NCBI RefSeq assembly: GCF_001194135.2 | Contig: NC_068991.1 | Coordinates: forward strand, 16,076,877-16,109,897 | Reading direction: 5' to 3' | DNA: 33,021 nt | Source of the DNA: Octopus bimaculoides | Taxonomy: Eukaryota | Shown here: positions 12,356 to 25,002 of the stretch, one piece after another | Layout: each line of letters opens with the position of its first letter | How positions within the stretch are numbered: the stretch's first letter is position 1 | Notes under the pieces: model-generated | Told to the model about the DNA's origin: nothing | What the model saw: the letters and a program-made list of their open reading frames with translations, nothing else | Databases searched by the model: none | Made by a program: the position numbers and the translations under genes

Positions 12356-13221
12356 TTGGCCTTTTTGTATCCAAAGAGTCTTTTAATACAATATTTACGC
12401 ACTGTTATTTTTAGCTTTATCTGTTTCAAATTTCACCATTCCAAAAAGGATTCATTTCACATTCTCTTGGAAGTTTGTAAATTCTCATGACGTCAACAAT
12501 ATATATATATATANNNNNNNNNNNNNNNNNNNNNNNNNNNNNNNNNNNNNNNNNNNNNNNNNNNNNNNNNNNNNNNNNNNNNNNNNNNNNNNNNNNNNNN
12601 NNNNNNNNNNNNNNNNNNNNNNNNNNNNNNNNNNNNNNNNNNNNNNNNNNNNNNNNNNNNNNNNNNNNNNNNNNNNNNNNNNNNNNNNNNNNNNNNNNNN
12701 NNNNNNNNNNNNNNNNNNNNNNNNNNNNNNNNNNNNNNNNNNNNNNNNNNNNNNNNNNNNNNNNNNNNNNNNNNNNNNNNNNNNNNNNNNNNNNNNNNNN
12801 NNNNNNNNNNNNNNNNNNNNNNNNNNNNNNNNNNNNNNNNNNNNNNNNNNNNNNNNNNNNNNNNNNNNNNNNNNNNNNNNNNNNNNNNNNNNNNNNNNNN
12901 NNNNNNNNNNNNNNNNNNNNNNNNNNNNNNNNNNNNNNNNNNNNNTATACATAGGAAAGAGTGTTTGAAAAATGCAGAGGACTTTTAAAGATTTTTATTG
13001 ACTTGACCAGTTTTACTTTTTAAAAAAAAAAGATTATCTAAAGTAAAATGTAAAGCTTTGTTTAAGCTTTGTTGTGTTAAAAAATGGTTATGATAATTGT
13101 ATTAAAATAAAGTTATACAGTCTTTGATAATGATAAGAAAATGTTAAAAAAATAAAATCTTTGACATGTGGTTGGGAAGCAAGCTTCTCACCATACATCA
13201 ACGCCTGCACCTATCTATATC

Positions 13222-13252
<31 letters not shown>

Positions 13253-13255
13253 CTA

Positions 13256-13311
<56 letters not shown>

Positions 13312-13708
13312 AGCCTATCTACATCATATATGCATCGAAATCAATCATATATTCATATCTCCCTCTCCTTTATCTATATGTGTGTGTATGTTTCATTCAT
13401 AACGATTTGTATATTTGACTCTGTCTTCTTGCCTGTTTGTTTTTTTCTGTCTGTCCTTTCACCTGTCTGTGTATCTACCAGAAATCTGTCTACTGGCTTG
13501 CCATCTTTTGGTCTCTTACTGTGTAAATTCCAATATATATACCTACCCACCCATCCATCTATCTATCTATCTATCTATCTATCTAACCGTCCATCACCTC
13601 CTGCTCACCACTACTGTTATTTTCATCTTATCCAAACTATTCATTCTCAATTCTTCTCCATAATTGTATGACTTATTCTAAATACTGCTCTCTTCCATTC
13701 TTCTCCAG

Positions 13709-13775
13709 ATTCTTCAGCTGCCACAGCAACAGATGCCTCCGCAAGAGGCCAGAGGCGTGAACATTTACCTGACAG
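13709..13775 (+). CDS. Candidate upstream exon of the FGD6-like gene (DSSAATATDASARGQRREHLPDR)
   Basis: Acceptor tcttccattcttctccag|AT and donor CAG|gtatgt, 67 nt. A GC-richer unique island flanked by microsatellites. The phase 1 to phase 2 frame joins 26907 in frame (AG|A = Arg). Confidence 0.5.
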
Positions 13776-14390
13776 GTATGTAATATATTCTGTGACTCTC
13801 TCTCTCTCTCTCTCTCTTTCTCTGTTGTCTCTTGTATTCATTCCTATATATTGTTGGTAACTAAAACATGTTTACACTGATTTGTAAAGTATTGTATTTA
13901 TATATTTTAAAATTTTTATGTGTCTAAACGCCTAGTTTAGAATAGAGGCAGCTGATGAAGGAAAAGTTCCATAAGTGGCTCGTCTCTTTTCCTATGTGTT
14001 CATTCTGTTGTCCGTAAAAAAAAGTCCGTTTTTGCGCTTTATGTTCCCGTTCCTTTTCTGACGTCCTGTACCCGGATAAGCATCTATATATACATGTAGA
14101 TGTAGGTATGTACATATATGTATACATACATGCATATGCTCATATATCATTTGTATTATGTATGTATGTATGTATGTATGTATGTATGTATGTATGGATT
14201 TCTATCTTCTTTATTTATCTCCCTTTCCCTCTCTATCTTTCTCTATTCCTCTTTTTCTTTCTTACTTCATATTTTGGTTTGTCTCTGTCATTTTCCATGT
14301 TTCTCGCCATCTCTGTCTTTCTTCTCATTTCCATGTTTAATGTGACATAAAACTGGTGTTAGCAGACATGAGGTGGCACATATCTGAAAT

Positions 14391-15101
14391 GTCTTAAGAA
14401 TCTTAATAATAGTCTTAATATTAATAGTCTTAATATTCATAATAATAGTCTTAGTAATAGTCTTATAATAATAGTCTTAATATTATAATAGTCTTAATAA
14501 TAGTCTTAATAATAATTGTCTTAATAATAATAGTCTTAATATTCATAATAATAGTCTTAATAGTCTTATAATAATAGTCTTAATAATAGTCTTAATAATA
14601 ATAGTCTTAATATTCATAATAATAGTCTTAATAGTCTTATAATAATAGTCTTAATATTCATAATAATAGTCTTAATAGTCTTATAATAATAGTCTTAATA
14701 ATAGTCTTAATATTAATAGTCTTAATATTAATAGTCTTAATATTCATAATAATAGTCTTAATAGTCTTATAATAATAGTCCTAATAATAGTCTTAATAAT
14801 AATAGTCTTAATAGTCTTATAATAATAGTCTTAGTAATAGTCTTATAATAATAGTCTTAATAATAGTCTTAATAATAATAGTCTTAATAATAATAGTCTT
14901 AATAGTCTATTAAGATAATAGTCTTGTGAGTGGATTTGCTTGATGGAAACTGAGAGAAGCTCACTGTGTGTGTGTGTCTGTGTCTCCTTGTCTTGACATT
15001 GTGTGACGGTTGTAAATGATAGTCTTAGTAATAATAGTCTTAATAATAAGACTTAATAGTCTTATCATAGTAGTCTTAATATAATAGTCTTAATAGTCTT
15101 A
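14391..15101. repeat. AT-rich (AATAATAGTCTT)-based satellite interrupted by a SINE A fragment (14926-15019)
   Basis: Dozens of TAGTCTT-anchored units of variable length. Confidence 0.93.
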
Positions 15102-15984
15102 AATTTCATCTTACCCACATACTGAGTTCAAATTGCACCAAAACTGGCTTTAGTAGTACACACTGTACATGTGTATGTGTGTGTATATTTGTGTGTGTGT
15201 GTGTGTGTGTGTTTCATTAAAGCTAAAGAAGACTTCATAAATGGTTACTCAGTGTTCCTCTTCTTCATACAGTTGCAATAATACAGACTAACTAGTCTGT
15301 ATTATCACAACTGTCTCTTTTCTTTTCTTTTCTTTTCTTTTCTTTTTTTTCTTTCTTTTACTTGTTTGTCATTAGACTTTGGCCATGCTGGGGCACTGCC
15401 TTGAAGAATTTTATAGTCAAATGAGTTGACCCCAGTACTTCATTTTTTGCTAAGCCTTTTGATTATTTCTATTTCTCTTTATATATAAGTGTGTCTGTGT
15501 GTTCTTTCTTTACTATTTTCATCTCTGTTTTATCCCCTCAGTTTCTCCATTTTGACCCCTTTCCTCCTCTTTTGTTCCCTTTATTAACCCCCACTGTCTC
15601 TGTACGTCTTTTGCTTGCTCTGAACTTTTGCTCTTTTGTTTTCTCTTTCTCATTCTTCTCTTCACATTATTTGCTCTCTCTCTCTCTCTCTCTCTTGTGT
15701 GCTGTTGGCTTTGCTCTCCTTGTTCTCTCTCATGTGCGTGTGTGTGCATACACACAAAAACTATGAAGGAATATGTGTCACTTTGAGAAACAAAAGAGAT
15801 AAAATCAACCCTTGACCTCTTCTATAAAGTTTGGTGAACGAAACAATGCCAGACATTAGACTACAGCACAAGACCAGCCCAAACCAGATTTGCCCAGATG
15901 CTAACCACCAATTGATTTCAAACCAAAGAGGTTTGACATTATTAGTTTAGTTCACACATGTATCATCACCACCACTGCCGCCAC

Positions 15985-16021
<37 letters not shown>

Positions 16022-16074
16022 TTTAGACATTGCTTTCTGTGGTTTGAACACCTTCTCATCACTTGTCAGAGTCC

Positions 16075-16422
16075 ATCATTATTTCATGTGGCCAATGCCA
16101 GTACTGCCTGACTGGCTGCCATGTAAAAAGCACCATTCAAGCATGGTCATTATTAGTGCCGCCTGACTGGCTCCTGTGCTGGTGGCACAATTCAAGCGTG
16201 GCACAATTCAAGTCGATGCCAGTGCTGCCTGACTGGCTCTCATGCCGGTGGCATGTAAAAAGCACCCAATTCACTCTTGGAGTGGTTGGCGTTAGGAAGG
16301 GCATCCAGCTGTAGAAACTTTGCCAGATCAAATTGGAGCCTGGTACAGCCTTCTGGCTTGCCAGTCCTCGGTCAAAGTGTCCAACCCATGGAAAGCAGAC
16401 ATTAAGTGATGATGATGATGAC
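16075..16422 (+). mobile_element. Family D retroposon with internal roughly 60-bp subrepeats and a (GAT)n tail
   Basis: Repeated gccagt(a/g)ctgcctgactggct units, then gttggcgttaggaagggcatccagctgtagaaac, then gatgatgatg. Confidence 0.8.
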
Positions 16423-17079
16423 AGCAGAAAAAAAAAAGCCAATCTTTATTGCTGTGTATTTATTTCGATACAATTTCTATGGTTGGATGCTTTTCCTATC
16501 ATTAACCAGTTTACAGCAGACACTGAGTGAATTTTATTGAATTTTCAATATTACCGAAGTTGTCCGCCAGGTCTAAACAGTTTTTATTGTGTTGCTTGTC
16601 TTTTCAGTGAGTTATCCTTGCTATAACTTAACCCTTTAACATTCAGATTTCTCTGTTAAATGTAACGCTTATTCATTTACATCGTTTTGAATTAATCATG
16701 CATCATCTCATTACTTTCAGGTTTTTATGATGTGATTTTTTTATTTTTAGAATGACATTGTAGGGTAGGGGTGAGAGATCAGAGCTGGCTGGTTTGTACA
16801 AAAACAGGTAGAATATTTGGGCCATGTTTAGATATGGCTAGTTTAAATGCTAAGGGGTTAAAGAGCCCTTGCCTTTTTCATTGATCCTTTTTAGGCATGT
16901 TATTTTTTATGGTGTCCTGTATTTTTTATTGCCAACAACTATGGAGTATGGACTGAGTGATTTTCTATCTTTCTACCAGCACATCTCACATAACTGGTAG
17001 TTTATTTTATTGACCCTGGAGGAATGAAAGGTAAAGTTGACATTGGTGGGATTTGAAGTCAAAATGTAAAGGGTCATAA

Positions 17080-17435
17080 CATCATCATCATCATCATCGT
17101 TTAACGTCCGCTTTCCATGCTGGCATGGGTTGGACGATTTGACTGAAGACTGGTGAACCAGATGGCTACACCAGGCTCCAATCTGATTTGGCAGAGTTTC
17201 TACAGCTGGATGCCCTTCCTAACGCCAACCACTCCGAGAGTGTAGTGGTTGCTTTTACGTGCCACCAGCATGAAGGCCAGTCAGGCGGTACTGGCAACGG
17301 CCACGCTCATAATGGTGTATTTTACATGCCACCTGCACAGGAGCCAGTCCAGCGGCACTGGCAACGATCTCGCTTGAATGTTTTACATGTGCTACCGGCA
17401 CAAGTGCCAGGAAGGCGGCGCTGGGCACAGGTGCC
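17080..17435 (-). mobile_element. Family D retroposon
   Basis: (CAT)n tail at the left end. Highly similar to 31717-32080. Confidence 0.85.
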
Positions 17436-17454
17436 AAAGGTTAGCAATTTTAAG

Positions 17455-17828
17455 ATGGTGAGGTAGTTGATTATATTGGTCCTAAAAGGATGAAAGGCAC
17501 AGTTGACCATGGCAGGATTTAAACTCAGATCATTAAGACCCAAAAGAAATACTGCTAAGCATTTTGTACTATGCACTAACAATTCTTCCAGCTCACCATC
17601 TGAGTAATAATAATAATCCTTTCTACTATAGGCACAAGGCCTGAAATTTTGGGGTAGGGAATAAGTTGATAACATCAACCCAGTGTTTCAGTGGTACTTA
17701 ATTGATTGACCCCCAAAAGATGAAAGGCAAAGTTGACTTCAGTGGTATTTGAACCCAGAACGTAGAGACAGATGAAATACCGCTAAGCATTTTGTCTGGC
17801 ATGCTAACGATTCTGCTAGCACGCCACC

Positions 17829-17881
<53 letters not shown>

Positions 17882-18082
17882 CATCCTTTCTACTGAAATT
17901 TGGGGAGAGGGGACTAATCAATTACATCAGCCCCTATGTTTCACTGGTACTTAACTTATTGACCCTGAAAGGATGAAAGGCAAAGTCGACCTTGGCAGAA
18001 TTTGAACTCAGAATGTAAAGGCAGACGATATGCCACTAAGCATTTTGCCTGGTGTGCTAACGATTCTGCCAGCTCGCCACCT
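17455..18082 (-). mobile_element. Three head-to-tail family B SINEs (about 17455-17599, 17618-17829, 17885-18082) separated by (AAT)n tracts
   Basis: Repeated aaaggatgaaaggcaaagt...gctaacgattctgccagctcgcc blocks. Confidence 0.87.
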
Positions 18083-18428
18083 TAGCAGCAGTAGTAGTAG
18101 TAGTAGTAGTAATAATAATAATAATGAATTTATTTATTCAATAATATAATGATATATTTCATTCTATTCTGATACCATATAAAAATAGTAAAATTAAACC
18201 TAGTTTACTGGTCATAGAATGTACTGCATATGGTTTTATTTGTGCCTTTGCACCAATTCTCTTGGCGTTTGTTTGGATTCTGTCTGGTCTAATTCAGTGA
18301 AAAAATCTTGCATGTTGTTTATTGAAGAGGAAATCATGCAATTTTCTTTCCGTTTCATCTCATCTCAGTATTTATTTAAGAAAGAGAGAAGGAAGGGTTA
18401 TGCTCTTTTGTTTGTAGTGTTTAATTAA

Positions 18429-18473
<45 letters not shown>

Positions 18474-19427
18474 GAAGGAATATTTCCTTTTGCCCTTGTC
18501 TTCATGTAGTTTTTTTTTTCTTCTTCTTTTTTTCTNNNNNNNNNNNNNNNNNNNNNNNNNNNNNNNNNNNNNNNNNNNNNNNNNNNNNNNNNNNNNNNNN
18601 NNNNNNNNNNNNNNNNNNNNNNNNNNNNNNNNNNNNNNNNNNNNNNNNNNNNNNNNNNNNNNNNNNNNNNNNNNNNNNNNNNNNNNNNNNNNNNNNNNNN
18701 NNNNNNNNNNNNNNNNNNNNNNNNNNNNNNNNNNNNNNNNNNNNNNNNNNNNNNNNNNNNNNNNNNNNNNNNNNNNNNNNNNNNNNNNNNNNNNNNNNNN
18801 NNNNNNNNNNNNNNNNNNNNNNNNNNNNNNNNNNNNNNNNNNNNNNNNNNNNNNNNNNNNNNNNNNNNNNNNNNNNNNNNNNNNNNNNNNNNNNNNNNNN
18901 NNNNNNNNNNNNNNNNNNNNNNNNNNNNNNNNNNNNNNNNNNNNNNNNNNNNNNNNNNNNNNNNNNNNNNNNNNNNNNNNNNNNNNNNNNNNNNNNNNNN
19001 NNNNNNNNNNNNNNNNNNNNNNNNNNNNNNNNNNNNNNNNNNNNNNNNNNNNNNNNNNNNNNNNNNNNNNNNNNNNNNNNNNNNNNNNNNNNNNNNNNNN
19101 NNNNNNNNNNNNNNNNNNNNNNNNNNNNNNNNNNNNNNNNNNNNNNNNNNNNNNNNNNNNNNNNNNNNNNNNNNNNNNNNNNNNNNNNNNNNNNNNNNNN
19201 NNNNNNNNNNNNNNNNNNNNNNNNNNNNNNNNNNNNNNNNNNNNNNNNNNNNNNNNNNNNNNNNNNNNNNNNNNNNNNNNNNNNNNNNNNNNNNNNNNNN
19301 NNNNNNNNTTTTTTTTTTTTTTTTGCTTGTTGTGTGGCCCAGTGGGGGGACAGAATGGTACTTGATCAAGGACTTAAAGAAATATAGGCATGTGGAAAGG
19401 AACCTACCTCAGGATTTCTGCTCTCTC

Positions 19428-19842
19428 TTACTCTTTTACTTGTTTCAGTCATTTGACTGCGGCCATGCTGGAGCACTGCCTTTAGTCGAGCAAATCGACC
19501 CCAGGACTTATTCTTTCTAAGCCTAGTACTTATTCTATCGGTGTCTCTTTTGCCGAACCGCTAAGTTACAGGGACTTAAACACACCAGCATCGGTTATCA
19601 ATCGATGTTGGGGGTACAAACACAGACACATAAACACACACACACACACATATATATATACATATACATATGCATATATACGATGGTCTTCTTTCAGTTT
19701 CCGTCTACTAAATCCACTCACAAGGCTTTGGTCGGCCCGAGGCTGTAGTAGAAGACACTTGCCCAAAGTGCCATGCACTGGGACTGAACCCAGAACCATG
19801 TGGTTGGTAAGCTAGCTACTTACCACACAGCCACTTCTGCGC
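19428..19842 (-). mobile_element. SINE family A, full length
   Basis: Complete head, body and tail. Confidence 0.9.
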
Positions 19843-20580
19843 TGTGTAAAAAAAAAAGAAAAGAAAAGAAATTCTATGGTGGTTGTTAGTTCACTTCATT
19901 TAATAAATCAAGAAATTTTGAATTGATTAAAATCACATCATTAGTGATAAGAATGAAATGTCACTGTGCACCAGTACCCACCCACCCATTGACATGAGGC
20001 CCTGCTTGCTAGATCAACTGGTTATCAAATATAGCTCAATATTCTTCTAGCCATCTTTCATCGTCTCTTTTTAACTAAGTCCAGTGGCTAGTCTTTTCCA
20101 CTGTAATTTGGATATCGTTCATGGTGGTATTTACTGAAGTGAGTTTAATCATTAAAGTATTATATTCTCTTGGGGTATTATTAGATGTGGCTTTATGCTT
20201 GGAGATGAGGTTAAGGTGAGATGAGGGTTAAGATGGGAGAAGGAGTGGGACAGAGGTTTTTTATTGTAGAGGCTACATGGCTGTTTACATTTAGAGGAGG
20301 AAGTGAGAATGAATCAGTGACAGCTGTGAATCAGTAAATAGTGAATGATGAGGAGGCACCTCAAGGTACGAGGTGAGTAGAAGTGAGAGGGGACAGACAG
20401 ACTAACAAGGAATATGAGTATAATCTGAGCTTGCAAGAGTGTACGGTGGGTAACAAGAGATAGGGGAAATAGTAGAGGGGAGGGATAAATTGGTAAAAAC
20501 TGCAAAGATCGGGTGGGTTTGCAGAGTAAGTGTAGGAAGTGATGGATACAGGCATTATTACCAAGTTCAAGTTAAAATCT

Positions 20581-21003
20581 CTTTTGTCTTTTACTTGTTT
20601 CCGCATGGATTGTGGCCATGCTGGAGCACCACCTTGAAAGGGTTTTAGTTGGACAAATCAACTCCAGGACTTATTTTTTAAGCATAGTACTTATTCTATC
20701 GGTCTCTTTGCCAAACTGCTAAGTTACGGGGATGTAAACGCACCAGCATTGGTTGTCAAGCGTCGGTGGAGGGCAAACGCAGACACAAAGACATACACAC
20801 AGATATATATATATATATATATACACACATACATATACACGACAGGTTTCTTTCACTTTCCGTCTACCAAATCTATTCACAAGGCTTTGGTCAGCCTGAG
20901 GCCATGGTAGAAGACGCTTGCCTAAGGTGCCACACAGTGAGACTGAACTCAACACCATCTGGTTGGGAAGCAAGCCTCTCACCACACAGCCACGCCTGTG
21001 CCT
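20581..21003 (-). mobile_element. SINE family A, full length
   Basis: Complete head, body and tail, somewhat more diverged. Confidence 0.87.
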
Positions 21004-21421
21004 AATCTGGGTTTTTTTTTTTTTTTTCTTAATATTTCCTTAGTCTTTTATATTAAGTTTGGAACTATAAATTCCCTAAATCCATTAACGTTTGAAGACA
21101 ATCTTGGCCTCATCTTCTGAATGATGAAAAGATACTGGCTCATAGTTTCTGCATCATTGTAGTAGTTAGCAAGGGAATATAGGAGTGTATACATATTCTA
21201 ACACACACACACACACACACGCACACGCACACATTTTCCATTAAAAACACAAATTTGTTTTCTTTTTATTATAACACAAGGTATGTTTTATTTAAGCATA
21301 TCAGTATTTATGAAGATGTATGAAAATATTTTCTCATATTTCTTTATTGGTCTCTTTGGAATTTCATTATTGTTGTTGTTATTGTCATCATTCTCAATCT
21401 CATTATTATCATTATTATTAA

Positions 21422-21458
<37 letters not shown>

Positions 21459-21566
21459 GACAATAAACACAGTATGTTATAGCAATCATGTTTTTAATGA
21501 TATACATCTGAAATATAAAATTTCTGTCTGCGTCCACATTTACAAATATGCATTCATACACACACA

Positions 21567-21617
<51 letters not shown>

Positions 21618-21794
21618 CTACTCGAATGTGTATCTATATATCTCTATACATTTATTTCATTATACAAATTTACTATCACTAATGTGTATGGGATTTTAGG
21701 AATGCATGTATATCTATTCATATGAAGGAATATGCTCAGTATTTATATATATATATGTGTGTGTATGTGTGTGTGTGTGTCCCAATGTTTCCTT

Positions 21795-21834
<40 letters not shown>

Positions 21835-22075
21835 CCTATTTATTTGTGTATTTTCCTTGTGGGTTTGTGTATGTACAACATATGTGTGTGTATATACATA
21901 TGTGTGTGTGTATAAATGTTCTTGTGTATGTGTTGCTTGTGTGTATATGTGTATGTGGATATGTATACCTGTTCCCATCTATATATATCCTTTGTCTGTG
22001 AGAAAGAGAGAGAGAGAGAGAGAGAGTATATTTCCAAGTATCTTAAGTCCTCTCCTTTTCTTTAGTAGTAATTGC

Positions 22076-22110
<35 letters not shown>

Positions 22111-23358
22111 TAATAATAAATATAATATGACAATAACCATAACTTGAAGTAGACCCCCCCCCCAAACGTTTTCTTCACTTTCTACTTCTTTATTGGCACT
22201 GTATATAAGCACTTTCTTTTGGTGGTGCCGGTGGTAGTGGGGTCATGGGGGCTGTTTAGAATTGTCTGCATTCCTCATATTATTGGTTTCGGAACTTGGC
22301 TCTCAAAGGTCTTTTAGTGGGCAAGGGGGCCCCATAGGAATAAAGGGGGTGAGGTAGCATTGGCTAAGGGAGAAAAGGGATTGGTTTGGTTTTTAATAGG
22401 CATAGTATATATTTCTTAGAAATAATCTTGGAGCAGTTACTCTGTTAGATTTGGTGGTGGCAGTGGTGGCGACAGCAGTAGTGGTGGTGGCGGTGGTGGT
22501 GATGGTGGCGGCGGCAACGGTGGTTATGTTTAAGCTTTAAGAAAATTAAGATCCTCTCTTTTTAACCCTGGCTTCAGTCATTTGAACGTGGCCATGATGT
22601 TTTTTGAGGGAAGTATGTTAAGCTTGTCGACTAACTGAAGTAAAAACGTGTCCAGTTTACCTACTCATTGCTGTGAGTCTGTTGGTGCAAACACTTTTTA
22701 TTAAAACTAGAAAAGAAACTATCTAGAAACCTATTTGAAGTCATGGATTAAATGTGATATTTATTTGCACCCACATTCACCTAAATCTCTTCTTTTCTGT
22801 CTGTCTTCCTTTCTCTGTCTCTGTGTGTCTCTCTCTCTCTCTCNNNNNNNNNNNNNNNNNNNNNNNNNNNNNNNNNNNNNNNNNNNNNNNNNNNNNNNNN
22901 NNNNNNNNNNNNNNNNNNNNNNNNNNNNNNNNNNNNNNNNNNNNNNNNNNNNNNNNNNNNNNNNNNNNNNNNNNNNNNNNNNNNNNNNNNNNNNNNNNNN
23001 NNNNNNNNNNNNNNNNNNNNNNNNNNNNNNNNNNNNNNNNNNNNNNNNNNNNNNNNNNNNNNNNNNNNNNNNNNNNNNNNNNNNNNNNNNNNNNNNNNNN
23101 NNNNNNNNNNNNNNNNNNNNNNNNNNNNNNNNNNNNNNNNNNNNNNNNNNNNNNNNNNNNNNNNNNNNNNNNNNNNNNNNNNNNNNNNNNNNNNNNNNNN
23201 NNNNNNNNNNNNNNNNNNNNNNNNNNNNNNNNNNNNNNNNNNNNNNNNNNNNNNNNNNNNNNNNNNNNNNNNNNNNNNNNNNNNNNNNNNNNNNNNNNNN
23301 NNNNNNNNNNNNNNNNNNNNNNNNNNNNNNNNNNNNNNNNNNNNNNNNNNNNNNNNNN

Positions 23359-23401
<43 letters not shown>

Positions 23402-23809
23402 TGTGTGTCATGCTACATGTCTGTTGGATTTTTTAAATTTACAAAAAAGAAAACAGTTAAAACAAATATATTTATATTCTAACTACGACTACCATCACCA
23501 CCACTGCCCACTACCATTATCAAAAACAATAACAGTATCTAAATACAATGAAAAAAGAAAGGGAATCATTATCCGCATAATGAAGTCTATATGCCAATAT
23601 GTCCACCTTCAGCCAATACTAAAAGCTCAACATGCAGCACAGACAGATTAATAAACAAGAGCAGGTCATGGAGACCTAATCTTTTGCACTAAAATCATTG
23701 CACTCCTCCAGTGGTTTGTTGTTCTGTTTTAGTGTCAAGAGGAGCAATCCCCATGACTCTCACTAGGCTCTTTGAAACTGGGACTGGTGACCTGGTCCAA
23801 ATGTTTGCA

Positions 23810-24103
23810 CAGATTGGACTCTGCTAAAGGCACTCAAGGAGTTCAGATTGGACTCTGCTAAAGGCACTCAAGGAGTCAGATTGGACTCTGCTAAAGGCAC
23901 TCAAGGAGTTCAGATTGGACTCTGCTAAAGGCACTCAAGGAGTTCAGATTGGACNNNNNNNNNNACAGATTGGACTCTGCTAAAGGCACTCAAGGAGTTC
24001 AGATTGGACTCTGCTAAAGGCACTCAAGGAGTCAGATTGGACTCTGCTAAAGGCACTCAAGGAGTCAGATTGGACTCTGCTAAAGGCACTCAAGGAGTCA
24101 GAT
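23810..24103. repeat. 33/34-bp minisatellite, at least 8 copies, with a gap inside
   Basis: Unit CAGATTGGACTCTGCTAAAGGCACTCAAGGAGT(T). No unique spacers. Confidence 0.95.
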
Positions 24104-24106
24104 CTT

Positions 24107-24348
24107 CATCATGATCATCATCGTTTTAACATTCACTTTTCCATGCTTGCATGGGTTGGATGGAATTTGTTGAGGTGGATTCTTTCCTGCAGTTGAATGC
24201 TCTTCCTATCACCAATCTTCTCGTGTTTCCAAATAAGATAATATTCCCCATGACCAGACATGTTTCCATGTCAGACTGGAAATGAAGGACACTGCTTGCA
24301 TGATGGTGACATTTGTTTACAACAATCACATAAAGTCAAGGCATTGAG

Positions 24349-24380
<32 letters not shown>

Positions 24381-24480
24381 GGTTCTTTTTTAAAATTCTT
24401 AAAAAAAAATTCATTATGCATATATACAATGACCTTCTTTCAGTTTCCATCTATCAAATCCACTCACAAAGGTTTGGCCT
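24107..24480 (-). mobile_element. SINE family A variant with (GAT)n RTE-type tail, 5'-truncated
   Basis: A-type body (aaatccactcacaaagg) joined to a tail shared with the family D retroposons (catcatc...tccatgcttgcatgggttggatgg). Confidence 0.72.
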
Positions 24481-24589
24481 CACTAAATTCTACTCAACCC
24501 ATACAAGCACAAAAAGATAGGCATAAAGTAATGATAATGATGGTAATGGAGATTGAATCATGTGTCATAATTTGAATAATTTTCATTGT

Positions 24590-25002
24590 TTACTTTTTAT
24601 CTTTTAATTGTTTCAGTCATTAGACTGTTGCCATGCTGGAGCATTGCCTTGAAGAATTTTTAATCGAATGAATCAATCCCAGTACTTCTTTTTTTTTTTT
24701 TTTTTTTTTTTGTAAAGCCTGGTACTTATTTTATCAGTCTCTTTTGCTGAACTGCTAAGTTACAAGGACATAAACACACCAACACCAGCTGTCAAATGGT
24801 GGTGGGAAATAAGCACAGACACAAAGACACACACACACACACCCACACACAACGAGTTTCTTTCAGTTTCCATCCACCAAATCCATTCACAAGGGTTTGG
24901 TCAGCTTGAGACTCTAGTAGAAGACACTTGCCCAGGGTGCCATTCATTGGGATTGAATCTGAAACCATGTGGTTGAGAAGCAAGCTTTTTTACCACACAG
25001 CC
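24590..25002 (-). mobile_element. SINE family A, near full length, diverged
   Basis: Head accacacagcc at the right end and tail tgtttcagtcattagactg. Confidence 0.85.

Noticed and set aside
12190-12500. Recurrence of gaagttt...attct...atgacgtcaacaa at about 12197 and 12470
   Set aside because: Only two short imperfect matches next to a gap. This is not enough to call a tandem unit, TSD or regulatory (CRE-like) module.
13952-13975. Second hammerhead candidate CTGATGA-A-GGAA-AAG-TTCC
   Set aside because: Stem II is followed by ATAA rather than GAAA, so the catalytic core is incomplete. At most it is a decayed Penelope-like end.
21275-21286. Strong donor AAG|gtatgt as a possible additional exon end
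   Set aside because: No convincing upstream acceptor or open frame. It cannot be supported without RNA data.
1934-23482. Numerous short ORFs rich in YI, HT, CV, SL or poly-X
   Set aside because: They are translations of microsatellites, SINE bodies or N gaps, with no domain signal.
23810-24103. CRISPR-like array
   Set aside because: The repeats are contiguous with no unique spacers, and the context is eukaryotic.
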